Part shown: piece after piece, positions 37,575 to 50,762 of the stretch
Layout of the letters: each line of letters begins with the position of its first letter
Position numbering within the stretch: the first letter of the stretch is position 1
Source: Marsupella aquatica
Lineage: Eukaryota > Plantae > Marchantiophyta
Assembly: GCA_973895155.1 (NCBI GenBank)
Contig: OZ316892.1
Location: 21,577,619 to 21,641,618, forward strand
Direction: 5' to 3'
Length of the DNA: 64,000 nucleotides
Translations under genes and position numbers: made by a program
Notes under the pieces: model-generated
Seen by the model: the letters and a program-made list of their open reading frames with translations, nothing else
Databases searched by the model: none
Told to the model about the DNA's origin: nothing

Positions 37575-39347
37575 AGTGGTGTCCGACCTAGCCACCCAGC
37601 GCCCTCACCAATCCCAGCACTCACGCCTAAGTGCCCTTGGTGCCCGAACGCCTCCACGGAATACCTCAAGCAAGCCCCCTAGTGCCCCTTGCACCTCCAG
37701 CGACCCCTCCCATATGAAGTCGCACTTGCTCTCTAACACGACCGCTACTCAACGGTCCTCACTGTCTGCACAAGCAACCAAGCACCTCGGTAAGTAACCT
37801 TTCGGGATCTAGAACTCGCCAAGTCTAGCATCCTAACTCAAGCTCAACAGACGTTGGTAAATAGGTCAGCGATAGGTGAACAGTGAACCCACACCCACTG
37901 TTCGTCCAGAACAGCTCCTTCCTTGGGCGCGTCCCGGGTTCCCCCTCGTACCTATCCATCACCAACTGACCGCCCTAACCCTAGGGCATGCTCATGGCCC
38001 AAATAGCGTAGCTTGTCCTAAATCTTGTCCCAACGCGTCGGGACCAGAATGGCCCTCGGGGGTCTCACTATATGGGGACCTCCCCATCGCCTGCGACGTT
38101 TTTAGGGCTCGGACCCCCTAAAATATAAGAATTTATTTTTATTTTTTAACCCCTATAAAGTTGGAATATTCTTGGAATATTCTAAAAATTGGATTAAAAA
38201 GGCCCTAATGTTCTTATAAGTCTCAAAATTGAATTTGAAAGACCCTATTGTTCTTCTACAAAAATTCTTAAGTCTTCCCTTAGAACCAATAAAATGACCC
38301 TATCCTTCGTCGCACGTGATATACCATTTTCGTGGAAGTGAAACCCCCGAGGAATGGCCCCGACTCTAGAATCCAACTCCCGGTTTGCCTCACTTATGCT
38401 CTAGGGGCCGAACACTCTTGGGACTCAACCTCCACACCTACTTGGCCTTGCCTCCCCAACGCAAGCTCCCTTGGAAGACTGAACGCGGCTTGGCTGCTGT
38501 TCGGCAGGATTTGGCAAGCGGACGAGTTAACACCCGTAAACCCTGAGAACCCAAGGTACCTCCAGACCCAGCTGAGCTCAAAAGGGCGTAGCCCTCCTCA
38601 AGAGCTTTCCAATGCACCCAATAAGTCCTCCAACGGACTTCCCGTTGGGAAGATATCGCCATTTCCGTTTGACGGTTTCCTTTAGTGTCGCGACCACCGC
38701 GGCTCACGACTTCGGCTCGCCCTTAGCCCCCAGGGAGACACCACTCCCCTCATATATGCTTCTGGAGACCTGCCACCCCCAGAACAGCTTTGGTCCCTAA
38801 ACATTTGGCCCCCAACCCGGATCCTATCGCGCATAATGGGCGCGCCACCAACTGGCAACGCCCATAACTTTCTCGTTAGGCATCCGCAAGCGGTGTGCCT
38901 CAGCCCGTTGTGATTGGGACGACCCAGTGCTCATGCCTAGGCCCTCGGGTCTCATTTCTGCTCGGGGCCCCCGACCGGCCCAACCCGGATCGGGCCATAA
39001 CTTGCGCCCCAAGCGTCCGTTGCCCATGGCGTCAACTCCATTGGCCTTGGGCCCAAGAGGAGCTCACACTCAAGCCCTCATAACTCAAAGTCCATCCGGA
39101 GGTCCGGACGGCCATCCTTGAGCCCGGCCCATTTCCCCTTGACCCGACCAGCTACCCGCTACTCCAAGTCCTTAGTGCATGTCCCCAGCTTGGCTCCTTA
39201 CCTCGCTATCGCCACGTCTCATTGTCCACAAGTCTCCCCATGCTAAGCCCTCCTCGGATGGCCTATCCGGGCCTGGACCATAAGGGAGCTCGGCATTGGA
39301 CTCAGCGACGCCGGAGCTAAGTGTTAAGATAGTCAAGTTTTGCAACT
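37575..39347 (-). mobile_element. Solo-LTR-like copy of the chromovirus LTR (boundaries approximate), inserted in a degenerate GATGTTGTTATGTGAAA array
   Basis: Reverse-complement homology to 50768-51592 and 63917-64000. A similar degenerate array lies on both sides (37250-37560 and 39350-39630). Confidence 0.65.
38055..38351. mobile_element. 297-bp MITE (CTCGGGGG family), 8-bp TSD GAATGGCC
   Basis: TIR CTCGGGGGT(C/T)TCAC. TSD at 38047-38054 and 38352-38359. Near-identical inverted copy at 54087-54383. Confidence 0.95.
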
Positions 39348-40113
39348 ATTTTTTTGCCAAAAATGTTGTTATGTAAAAGATTTTGTCAAGTAAAAAGTTG
39401 TCATGAAGAAAAAGAATTGTTTTTAACATGTTGAGCATTATGTAAACAATATATGTTGTCAACTTAGTGAAAAGATGTAGCGAAGAAATAAGAAATCGTG
39501 TCACCAAAAATGTCGTTATGTGAAAGATGTTAAGTAAAGGATATCATTATGTAAATATAGTTGTGACGCCAAAGATGTGGTTATGTGAAAGATGTAAATT
39601 GTTAAGTAAATGATGTCATAGTCGCAAACACAACTTTCACCTACTTGTAATTGCTCCGGCGTTGCCTAACTCCAGCGTTGAGCCCCTCTTAGAGCATCTC
39701 CAACGGTTTGGAGTTTGCTCGCCGCTATCCCCATCGTATAGCGGAGAGTATGGCGGTTGCCAAAATAGCCAGAGCCAAGACAATAGTGCGATCCCCAACG
39801 GTGACACCCCATTCTGACCTCCATACGCATACCACACGTATGAAGTGGGCCCCACATGGATTACGAAGTTTGAAGTGCAATCTTGATGAAGCCCGTTGTG
39901 CAAGAGAGAAGTCGAGGTGGGAGTCAAAGTCTGCCTGAAGAACCAGATGCGCCAGCATACACATGTCACAGCAAGCGCATCATTTTTTGTGTGTTTTGTG
40001 CTGCATGTGTGCCTTAATTTCGATGCAATCCCATTGAAGTGACCTTTGATCAGCTTCTGCGGTTTGCATCGGAATAAAATTCAGTTTGACCACGATTGTA
40101 CTATATCTGTTCA

Positions 40114-41407
40114 ATGGAGCAACTGGAAAGATGGCTGGCGGATCTCAATGAAGAATGCGAAGAGGAGGAGGCTGACTGGGATGAGGAACAAAGATTTTTG
40201 GAGTTGATGATGTTCAGTGGACCCCTTGCTGCTGCAAATTTTGCTAGGCACCCCAGGAAAAGAAAGCACGGAGGGTCTAGGCCAGGCAGGAGTGAGAATG
40301 TGGAGAGGCGTAGAGAAAAGGGGGCAGAAGACCTCTGGAATGATTATTTTTCTTCTAGTCCAACCTATGATGAGTTAAAATTTTGGAGGAGATTCAGAAT
40401 GAGTAGCAGTTTGTTCAGCAGAATTCTTGTTGATGTGTGTGCATGTACATGACACTTACTTTTGCCTAAAGGTTGATGCTACAGGGAAAGTAGGCTTGTC
40501 TCCACATCAAAAATTGACTGCAGCATTGAGGCAATTAGCTTATGGAATTGGGGCGGATGCTTTGGACAAGTACTGTCGAATTGGTGAAAGCACAGCATTG
40601 GAATCTCTGTATTGCTTTGTGAAAGCCATCAGAGAATTGTATGAGAGTCACTATTTGAGGAAGCCAACTGCTAAAGATTTCCAAAATCATCTTCAAATTA
40701 ATGCAGACAGAGGTTTCCCAGGTATGTTTGGCTCATTGGATTGCATGCACTGGGCATGGAAGAACTGGCATGTTGCTTGGCAAGGCCAATACACTGACAA
40801 GGACAAGAATAAGTCCATCATCTTGGAGTCCATTGCTGATCAAGAATTGTGGATTTGGCATGCCTTTTTTGGACTGGCTGGGGGAAACAATAATCTGAAT
40901 GTCCTTGACCGCTCACCACTTCTAAACGAATGGTTGCGTAATGATTCAGCCAATGTCAATTTCCATGTCAATGGTACAGAGTACAAATGAGCTTATCTTT
41001 TGATGGAATTTATCCTAAGTGGTCTATGTTCATATCCACTATGCACATGCCACAGTCTGAGAAGTTGAAGCATTTTGCAAGGTGCCAAGAAGCAGCAAGG
41101 AAGGATGTGGAGAGGGCTTTTGGGGTACTCCAAGCTAGATTTGAGATAGTGAAGAGGCCTGCACGGTCTTGGTATGAAAAATGTGTCATCCTTCACAATT
41201 GATTATTGAGGATGAAAGGGATGATAATTTCCCTCCATATTTAAGAGTTGGTGCTGCAAGAGTTAACAGGGGAAATTTTCCGTGGTTGGAGTTCCTTGCT
41301 GCAACAGCTGAAATTTACAACAAGGCCAACCATTTTCGTCTAAGAATTGAAATGACATTGTTGACCACCTTTGGAATCGAAGAGGGTCTGGCCTTTCTGA
41401 CCATTGA
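40114..41407 (+). pseudogene. Harbinger DDE transposase (Plant_tran type), frameshifted
   Basis: FWRRFRM, QKLTAALRQLAYG, RGFPGMFGSLDCMHWAW, WIWHAFFG, DGIYP, RKDVERAFGVLQ and CVILHN, spread across frames. Confidence 0.93.
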
Positions 41408-42531
41408 AAGTCAGGTGAGGTCAGGTGAGTCTTTCTTTCTGAAATCTGCATTTCTTTTGGAGTCAAAGGTCAAAGTAGAGATTGAACATCTCGAGGCTAG
41501 GGTACAATGATAGGGTACGAGTCACACTTGGACTGACTCATTCAAGCGGTACAACACACTTGGGGGATATTGTCGAGGCAGTTTGTTTGGTACCAGGGGA
41601 ACAAAAGTCCATGAAAGGAAATGTAGTCCACAAGAGGAAATGAACGTAGCAGGTATAAGCAGCATCGAGCTAAACCTTTGTCATCACTCACATTGGAGCT
41701 TGAGTTTTACTTCTCATTGCGCTGCCTCAACTGAAGCAATTGACAGTCCATAAGCAGATTTTTGTAGGCTGAAATGAGGAGATCAGTTGGTGGAACGAGT
41801 GCCTAGAGTGAATTGCTGCTTGCTGCAGACTCAGCTGCAAGTAATTCATTTTTGCCAAGCTCAGAGGTCCAATCGTTGCCGGAGGCACAATCGTTCCTGG
41901 AGGTCCAATCAAAACCGAGGGCTATGCCAATCAAGGTACCAGGGAAGGGAAAGATAACCAGGAAAGAACCATTGGAAATGAAAGTCCTGGATTTTCTACC
42001 TGAAAATTCTGAAGAGGCGCGCCTGATGGCAAGCATGCATGGAAGACCTTGAAGATTCAGAGGATGTTGTGACAGATGCAGAGAGCACCAACAATGCAAC
42101 CGGGAGTGACAACTGCTATGTGGTGTTTACTCAGCACCCCCTACCCAAAGCGCAGACCACCGAGGGCTCGATCTTAGGTCTCCTGGTGGAGCTAGTTACT
42201 AGACGTGGGGTATTTTACGCTAGGTTTTGCCCACAGACTTCTGTTTTGTTATGGCACAGTTCAAACAAGTAGGCTATGGTTGGCATTCAATTTTGTAACA
42301 ACACTGTTTAAATTTAATGAGACGGCCTCTGTTTGCAGCAATTTAGTATGCAATGTCTATAATGTGAATTGAGCGCAAGGAAGCAATTTTATTGATAAGA
42401 AACACGTGAATACAATTGAAGCCATTCACGGCCGCTGAGAAATCCATGACTACAATTGGCTAGCCAATAAACTTTGGAATGAAAATCCAGCTTGATCAGG
42501 CTGATTTTTGCACTCATAATCTGCACTGTCC

Positions 42532-43461
42532 TCAACTACATATATATGGGCTCTCAGATGGGCCAGCCGTGCTCTTAGGAAATACAGGAAGTGGGTTTTG
42601 AACAGCAAAAGAAGCAATTCCACTACTTTGCATCCGTGCTTTCAGCTTCATCGCCTCTTCCAACTTCCATTGTTTCACAAAATCTTGAAGCTCCGGTTCC
42701 ATGTTGTCAGTAGGCAATGTGAGCAGCTTCATGAAAGAATTATTTTGCAAAGTTATCACCCGAGCTCTGTTTGCAGCTGCCATCTCCTTCTGAGCATTGG
42801 CACTAATCTTCATTGCCTCTTGCTCAACCTTCATCCGCTTGTGATCTTCCTTTGCCCTCTTGTTTCCTTGAGGCCTCTTCCTCATATCACTTTGTTGATC
42901 TTCGTGAGCTTCATCCTGGCAGGCATCCTGGTCTCTGTCAACACTCTCATTGTCACCATTGTCTGTGAGAATTGGACTCGGGCTAGAGTATTCATTGTCT
43001 GTTGCCTCACTCCTAGGCGTTGTTGATTTCTTTCCCTTCCTTGCTTTGGCCATATCATCTGATGGATTCCCCCACCGTGGACAGTCTTTCAAAATCCAGA
43101 AGCAAGAATCAAAACTGAAAGATTTCCCTTTCAGATGGTTTTGCTTGAATAATTCTTTTGCCTTCACCACTGTGTCATCAACATTTGTCCCCAAAATTTG
43201 AAGGTCCTCTACCTCTTGAAAGCACCCTATGAACTTTGAGACATCGTGTTTAATGTCAGACCATTTCCCTTCCAGTGATTTTTGGCCTCTTGACTCAGCT
43301 CCCTTCGGTTTGTGCTTCTCGTAATGCTCAGTGACCCGGTCCCAAAATCACTTAGCCCTTTGCCCTGCACCTACGCAAGGATCTTGGAAGACATGGAGTA
43401 CACTGTAGCATAGTTGTCTGAGCTCTTCGGGACCATAATTTTTCCCATGACTTGCTGCCAT
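42532..43461 (-). pseudogene. Harbinger Myb/SANT-like + NAM-associated protein, one in-frame stop at 43348-43350
   Basis: GKNYGPEE...DPCVGAGQ...FWDRV...KW; FSFDSCFWILKDCPRW; RPQGNKRAK. Confidence 0.88.
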
Positions 43462-43991
43462 CTTTAGAGCAGAGAGTACACTCAATCTCAATGGAGTCCT
43501 CATGTGCAATGTCAGTTTTGCACGATATGTCCTGGCCCACAAGAACTATTCATCGACAGTCCAAGCGGGAAAGAGTTCATATTTTGGCGCAAGCGGTGAA
43601 GCCTGCACATTGCGAGTGCCGCGTGGGCCGATTACCGACGTTCCTGCACGAAAGTAGCGGCATGGAGTTTGCAAAACCAATCTCCAACGGTTGCGCAAAT
43701 TGGGAAAATCCTTCAAATGGCGACCTCCTTCCTGCGCGAAAGTAGCAGCATGGATTTTGCAAAAGTAGCGGCATCCGCCAAAAAAATACGGATGGCGCAA
43801 CCGCTGGAGATTGGTTTCTGTAAAATCCGACCTCTACTCAATGGTTTGGCGTTTACGGGGCTGTTTGGGGGCTCCGTTGGAGATGCTCTTAGATTTACTA
43901 CCATCATGGCCATTAGGAATGCGACTAACAAAGATGAGGCTAGTAAGAGCAAGGACAAGACTTAAGAAAAATGCGTCCCAATTTAACTTTA

Positions 43992-44455
43992 TTGGGCCCG
44001 TTGCCGATCAAGGAAAAATGAACTATTTTTCCAAAAAATCACCATAGGGGCCTGAAAAGCCCCAAATGAGCCCGATCATGGGGCCGCATATGTCTCGACC
44101 AACGGACCCAGGGGCCAAAAGTTATGGCCGATTCAAGTTGCATGCTTGTAGTTTGGGCCCATTGCCGATCAACCAAAAAATGAACTATTTTTCCAAAAGA
44201 TCACCATAGGGGCCTGAGAAGCCCCACATGAGCCCAATCATGGGCCGCATATTTCTTGGCCAACGGACCCAGGGGCCAAAAGTTATGGTCAATTCAAGTT
44301 ACATGCTTGTAGTTTGGGCCCGTTGTCAATCCAGGAAAAATGAACTATTTTTCCGATGGATCACCATAGGGGCCCGAGAAGTCCCACATGAGCCCAATCA
44401 TGGGGCCGCATATATTTTGGCCAACGGACCTAGGGGCCAAAAGTTATGGCCAATT
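43992..44455. repeat. ~161-bp tandem repeat x3 within LTR-related sequence
   Basis: TTGGGCCC..., TCACCATAGGGGCC and GGGGCCAAAAGTTATGG recur with starts at about 43992, 44154 and 44314. Confidence 0.88.
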
Positions 44456-46127
44456 TAGACTCGATTAGAGTTGTCGTGCATCGATGGACCAAGAGGGGTT
44501 TTCCTTGGACCAGGGGGGTTGCCTGGACCAGAGCGGGTTTTAGGCCGCAACTTTTAGCCCCCTATGCCATAATTTGTGCTTGAGTCCAAGTTATGGAAGG
44601 TTTTCAATTATCTTTGTTATGAGCTAAGTGGTGGGGCCACAGACCCTTGGGTAGGGGGCCAAAGATACGGAAAAAAAGTTGGTCCGGGGGTGGCAGGTCC
44701 CCAGAATCATATATGAGGGGAGTGGTCATCTCAAGTTTGAGCTCGAGCTGATCACGATTGATGAAGATACATCATTTCTAGTTTTGGAGCGGAAACAAGC
44801 ATAACTCGACGACTGGATCTCCGTTGGGGGAGTTCTTGGGCTTGTTGGAAATCTAATGAAGAAAGATACCTTGTGGTGCTCTCTGATTGTGCATTGGGTG
44901 GTTTTGGTTTTGAGGCTTGCAATGGGGGGAGTCCGTCTTGCCGATCCGAAGTTGAACAATGACCAAACCGCATTTGGTTCCCACAAAGACCTAATGATGG
45001 AGAGGTAGAACCAAGTAGATAATAGGGGTTGCCGTTGAGATCTGGTCCCAATGCATGATGAGAGATTGAGCGAAACCCAGTTTTGCCTGGAGGTGGCTAA
45101 GAACTAGAAGTTGAATGGTCCCGACGTGTTACTACTAGTTTGTGACAAACTAAGCTTGGGCCATGGGCATTACCTGGAGGAGAGTCGTCAGCCATTGATG
45201 GGTAGAAGTGGGGAAGCTTGGGCAACATCCGGTAGATAGACTGTTCTGGACGAATAGTGATGTCGACCTTAGTTTCAGCTTATGGCAAGGCCATGCAGGC
45301 CTGGGAGGCTCTATCCGCTGACCTACTTACTAACGACTATTGAGCTTGATAGTCGCAAAACTTGACTACCTTAACACTTAGCTCTGGCGTCGCTGACTCC
45401 AACGTCAAAGTGGTCCAGGCCGGACTTAGCATGGGGAGACTTGTGGGCAATGAGACGTGCCGCTAACAAAGGCAAGGAGCCAAGCTGGTGACACACACTA
45501 AGGACTTGGACTAGCCGAGAGCTGGTCGGGTCAAGGGGAAAAGGGGTCGGGCTACTTGCGTTACTTTGTGATGGCCAATCAAAAGGATTGGGCAAAGCAC
45601 TTAACAATGGCCGAGTTTAGGTATAACTCGACCAAGCATTCGACGACAGGGTTTGCGTTGTTTGTGTTGGCCACAGGGAGGACGCCAAGAGTGCCCTCCT
45701 GGTTTATAAATCCGGAAGCTTGGCAGACGGAAAGCAAGGTTCCTTCTGCGGATGATTTTATTTGAGAGCGGCGCCTAGTTGTGGAAGCGGCTACCAAGGG
45801 TATGACCCTTGCCCAAAGTCGGTACAAGGAGCAAGGGGATAAACATTGACGCCAAGTAAGCTTTGAAATTGGGGAGAGCGTCTGGTTGCAGTTGAGACCT
45901 GAACAATTCCACGGGAACATAAGTAGGAAGTTGGCTCCCAGATATGCGGGGCCCTATTGCATCATACGATGGGCCCACAAGGATAATCCGGTTTTGGTGG
46001 TGTTAGAGACACCCAAGGAAATGCGTGTGGGCAAAAGCTACCATGTTAGCCGGCTTAAGAAATTTGTCAAAGATGATGATCCCAACCGGGATCAAGTCTT
46101 GCGTCCGGACGCCATGCTGGTGGAGGA

Positions 46128-49100
46128 TGTCACGTCGTAGGCTTCGGCCTTAACTCAGACTTCAGCTTAGACGGGCACATCCCTCGTAAATCTGAGGGTT
46201 CGGGCAGGAAGGGAAGCACGTAATGCACCTTATTCTCGTAAACTAGCGCTAAGTGCGCATACTGCTAAATACGGACACCTCCTAGGTATGGTTTGTGTTC
46301 CGCCGCCGGAACGTACCTTAGTCGATAGCAGGATCGACCCCGGCTTAAGGGCTTCTAAGCCTTCGTGCTGTCCGCCTTCGATCCGGATTCGATAATACAG
46401 GTCCTCAACCCGTGCTCGCAACCACTTACCTGTAGGCTGCACCCTGTGCACGTCTCGGGTAGTGCGTTCGGCCTGGCGCTGCCACCCATATACGAGAAAC
46501 CCACACACATATGCGCACACATGCATACAATCTCGATTACACGAAGGAAAAATGATGGGAAAGGATTTTACTACAAAGGGAACATATGCGTACACTTAGT
46601 TGACACGACAGCCCTGGAATGCACAGGTTCAAGGCCAAGGGTGCACACTACAACGGAGCCCGGCTCCGCACTCGCCCGGCGAGCTTAGTCCTACCCCCTC
46701 CCCTTGGTACTCTGTCATTCCCAGAGGTCGGGACTCCCCGCATGTCCCGCCGATGTCCGACTCTGAAACTAAAAACCCCCCCCTTGCCTCTACCGAGGGG
46801 TGCACTAAATACTAAGAGCCGAGGAACGGGGCGTCCTCCCGTCGAAGATCCGTTGACCAAGGTCCTAACTAAGCTGACAGTTAGGCCGGAAAACGGTTGT
46901 GTCTTATTAGAAGATCCTAATCTACGCAGGCTGGACAGCAGGGCAGCGCTGCTGTACCTAAGGCAGGTGCCTGTCCCAAGAGCCTGACTAAGCCAATCCT
47001 AATCCTAATCTATTCCTACTCCGCCGCTAATGCCTGGCACGCTTGCCAGAGCCGCCCGAATGGGAACGGCCATCCCGCTGCCTTCGAAGCCTGTCATTGT
47101 CCGCTTTGAGGAGCTGGACCTGGTCCAGCAGAGATTCGTTCTCTCGCCTCGCCGCGTCCGTCTCCTCTGCTGCCTCCTGACATGCCTCCTCCAGCTGCTG
47201 GGCGTCGCTCGTCAGTTTACTCGCCAGCTGGTCCTGCTTCTCGGCCTCGGTTTGGAGCCGCGCCATCTCGGCCTGCAGCGTGGCTATCTCCGTCGCGTCC
47301 CGCTGGGCTCGCTCCTCGGCCTCCTCCAGGTCTTTCTGCCAGGTGACAGCTTGTTTCTTCAAACTGTCAATCTGGTTCCGGAGTCGTGTAATCTCGGCCT
47401 CGTTCCCAGCTTTGGCCTGTTCGGCTAGGGCGGTAAGAGCGTACGCCTTTGCTAACAACTCATCGGCGGCTGCAACCTTGGGTTGTAGTTGCAGAAGCTC
47501 AGCCTCTTGAGCCGCCACTTCGTTCTTTAGGTACATGGACTCCACCTGGTACCGCTCTATCCTCTGAAGGGCCTCCGACTGGGCCCGACCTGCCTTTACG
47601 GCGGCAACCAACTCCTGATTGAAGAAACAGGCTACCTTCCGGGCCATGAACTCCCCGGTATCTCGGGCAATTTGATGAGAGAAATCTCCCAGAAGCCCGT
47701 TCAGAAACGTACCCTGTATGAAGAGTTCCGGGTGGTCCAAGTTGTGCCTGTCCGGATTTGGGCACGGGCAGACATCAACACGCGCAGGGGCCGGGGCAGT
47801 GACGTCCAGCCCTGGGGACATAACGTTGGAAGGGGCTGGAGTGTCCTCCTGCAGCGATGTCCGGTTCTCCGGAATTGCCACCGGCGGGTCCTTGGGAGAC
47901 CTGGGTTCGGGTAAGACCTCTGCCGTACCAACTTCTGTACTTAGCCCGGCTAGTTGGGTCGCATCAACGGTTGCGACGACCGACCCCTCCGGCGCCTCCT
48001 CGGTTACGATTACAGCTATTTGTGGAGGTGGGGTGGGTGAAGTTGGCGTGTCCACTGGACTTCGGGCCTCGGGTTGGGGCCGTCTCTCCAATGCCGGAAA
48101 AACCCACCTAGCTGGGACCAGCTTTGTAACGTTGATGCGGGGAAGGGTTCGTCGATCAAACCGGGCGTACCACTCAAGAATGATTTCGATGTGGCTAGCG
48201 AAATATGCTTTCCCGCCAATGTACAGCGTCTTCCTTCGCCGCTCCATCTCTTCATGGAATTTCTTAGCGAAGTACGACGCCCATTTCCTAGGTCGATAGT
48301 TCTCGACCTGGATGACCTGGGCGGCGGAGATCTCCCCCCGGGGTTCCATCATGTGGAGAGCGTACCTCTGGAACTCCAGCCGCTCAGCTATCTCGGGCAT
48401 GAGGCAGGTCCTCATCACGAACCCGTTGTCCACTGATCCCTCTGAGGGAAAACTTGAAGATTGGTACTTGGCCCCCTTGCCCCCGGGAGCCCGTGATTCG
48501 ACTCGATGGTCACCTTCGGGTAACCCGAAGATCATCTTGAGCCGTTCTTCTGTGAGGGACATATTCCTTCCCCGCAGCCGAGTTTGTTGACGTACGTCGT
48601 CATAATTCTTGACGAATTCTGTCATGTCCTCCCCGTAGTACCTGCAAGTGTTCCAGGGGAGAGAGGCGAGGTGCTCAAATCCCTGAGTCTTCAGGTACAC
48701 CGCATGCTTGGGATGGAGGATGTTGCTGTGAACATTTTCCCCCATGCGATGCATCGTTACCTTGGCTACGGCTACCGTGGCCAACGGTAACCCGGATGCA
48801 CTGGCGGATTCCTTCCTCTTCTTTCCCCGTGACTGACTCGGGGAAGGTGATACTTCCCCATCCTCCCGATCGGGCCTGGGGAGTGCCACTGCGGTTGGTA
48901 ACGGGCCCGAGGCGGCCACGGTCACCATGTTGTCTGCTGGGGCCGCTCCTGGGGTCAGAGCAGGGGGTGGGGACGATATAGTGTCGGCCCCCCGAGCGCT
49001 TGTTCCTCTGGGCCGCCTGGTCAAGGGTGGGGTAGCCTCGTCGTCATCACTAAGATCCACAGCGTTGATGACGGAGCGTACCTGTGCTGGCTGGGTGATA

Positions 49101-50141
49101 GGTGGTGGGGTTTGGCTAGGCCGCGGCTGAGGCTGAAGCTGAAGCTGAGGTTGCATGGGCACGGGTACGGGTACGGGTACGGGTATGGGTCCGGCTGAGT
49201 TGATCATGTTGGTTGATGGCCGAGTTCCCATGAAACTCTGTAGGTGCTGGTAGAAGTTCTCCGAAGCGAGTGCGGACGCCCTTGTCGAACGGTTGGTACT
49301 GGACTCGCCGTTAATGACAGCCCGAACCTGGGCAGGGATGTGGTCGAAGTGATGTCGCTGCAGGTCGATTGTACCCGGGATATTGAAGACCTCGTCCGGA
49401 AGCCGAAGCAATGCTTCCCAGAACCCGATATATTTGTCTCCGTTGAAGAAGTACCCAGATACCTCAGCTGGTCGGTAAAGCTCGCTCTGAGACGGGTAGT
49501 CAAAGTTAAGGACGTAGTGGTGTCATCCTGCTAGGCGGATGGCTCTCTCGTATTCGCGTTCGATCTCGTATCGGCGCGGGTTGGCGTGTTTCAATGAATC
49601 GGCCAAGTGCCTTCCGGTAGATAGGAACTGCGTCCAGAATCGAATGGCCGAGCTGGAGAGGATCGTGTGCGACATTCAGAGGAGATAGTAGTGGCGACCT
49701 AGAGAGAACGAGAGAGCTGGGGTCGAAGCTGGCGCGCGGACTGATGGACTGGTGCACTACAAAGGGTTGGCTCCCCTTTTATACTTTGAGGGCTTGTCGA
49801 TCCCCGACGTCTCCTCGACGCCCATAGGTTGAACCGCTCACGCTTGTGGTGTACCGGCCACTCCGCCGGTCTGAGTCAGCATGCGTCAGTGGCCGCTTTC
49901 TTAAGTTCGTTATACGGACCCGAGGGAGGGGCCCCTCCACGCTCGTAACCCGGGTGTGCGAATAGCGACCCGCCGCCAGCCCGAACCTGAAGTCCCCCTT
50001 ATTGCCTAATGATGTCCTACCCCTAATGATTACCTAAATACTATCATTATGCTAATAATAGCGGCCTAAGACCCACCTAATGCGCGTGCCGAGCGCAGTT
50101 AGACTGAATCACTCATTAACCGCCGTACCGGCGGCGTCACA
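46128..50141 (-). mobile_element. 4,014-bp TG...CA element, 5-bp TSD GAGGA, single long ORF (copy 1)
   Basis: Ends are TGTCACG and CGTCACA. GAGGA at 46123-46127 and 50142-50146. Excision restores the host reading MLVED-AEEFEVE. Confidence 0.92.
47027..49675 (-). CDS. ~882-aa protein (one TGA at codon 51): Pro-rich linkers, central plant-TE accessory-type domain, C-terminal coiled coil
   Basis: The 794-aa ORF extends in frame to an ATG at 49675. TATAAAA lies ~105 bp upstream. The start and N-terminus are conserved in copy 2 (55039). Confidence 0.75.
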
Positions 50142-50762
50142 GAGGACGCTGAGGAGTTTGAGGTGGAGGCAATTCTGGACCACCATTACAAACGCAAGTT
50201 GGGAAGGCAAATCTTAGAGTATTTGGTGAAGTGGGTTGGCTATGATCAGGCCGAGAGTACTTGGGAACCGGAAGAAAATTTGGGTAATGCCTCAGAGATC
50301 CTTGGAAGCTATCGTAAGCAAAGCGACCTATCGCCGTTGTCAACTGGTACAGGTAGCTGTAGCTACCTTTGTGAGTTGTATCCTAGTTTCACTCCTTTCG
50401 GCCTCTTAAGGGTAAAGTCGGATTGCGTTGGGGCTAGAGGTCGTTGGGCGGCCAATTTTCTTTTTGCAAGTGGAAGTTGATGGTGCCCGCCTTACATCTG
50501 TGGGCGAGCTGGTTCAAACCAAAGGGGAGGACAATGGGTCCAACGAGTTTGGAGTTAGCTTACCCGCTTGGACTGGCATCCTACTTGGATAAGTGGGATA
50601 GATTGGAATTTCCTAAGTCTGGAATGCACACACCAACCTGGTTTGCATCAGCCTTATGGACAAAACATTTGTTACCTCATAAAAATTTTAAGACCCCAAG
50701 TGGTCTAGGCGTGCTGGAACGTTTACTGAGGTCACGCGGATGTGACCATTTTTTAAGGGGGG

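Larger units (their letters stand above)
39692..43888. mobile_element. PIF/Harbinger transposon, full length
   Basis: Perfect 15-bp TIR GAGCATCTCCAACGG, TTA TSD (39689-39691, 43889-43891), and two convergent ORFs. Confidence 0.97.
45556..50345 (+). pseudogene. Ty3/gypsy chromovirus integrase C-terminus + chromodomain, split by the 46128-50141 insertion
   Basis: QKDWAKHL..AEFRYNST, KLAPRYAGPY, HVSRLKK, then EEFEVEAIL...EYLVKWVGY..ESTWEPEENL. Confidence 0.92.

Noticed and set aside
47030-49534. Many overlapping + strand ORFs
   Set aside because: They are antisense shadows of the GC-rich minus-strand ORF and have no motifs.
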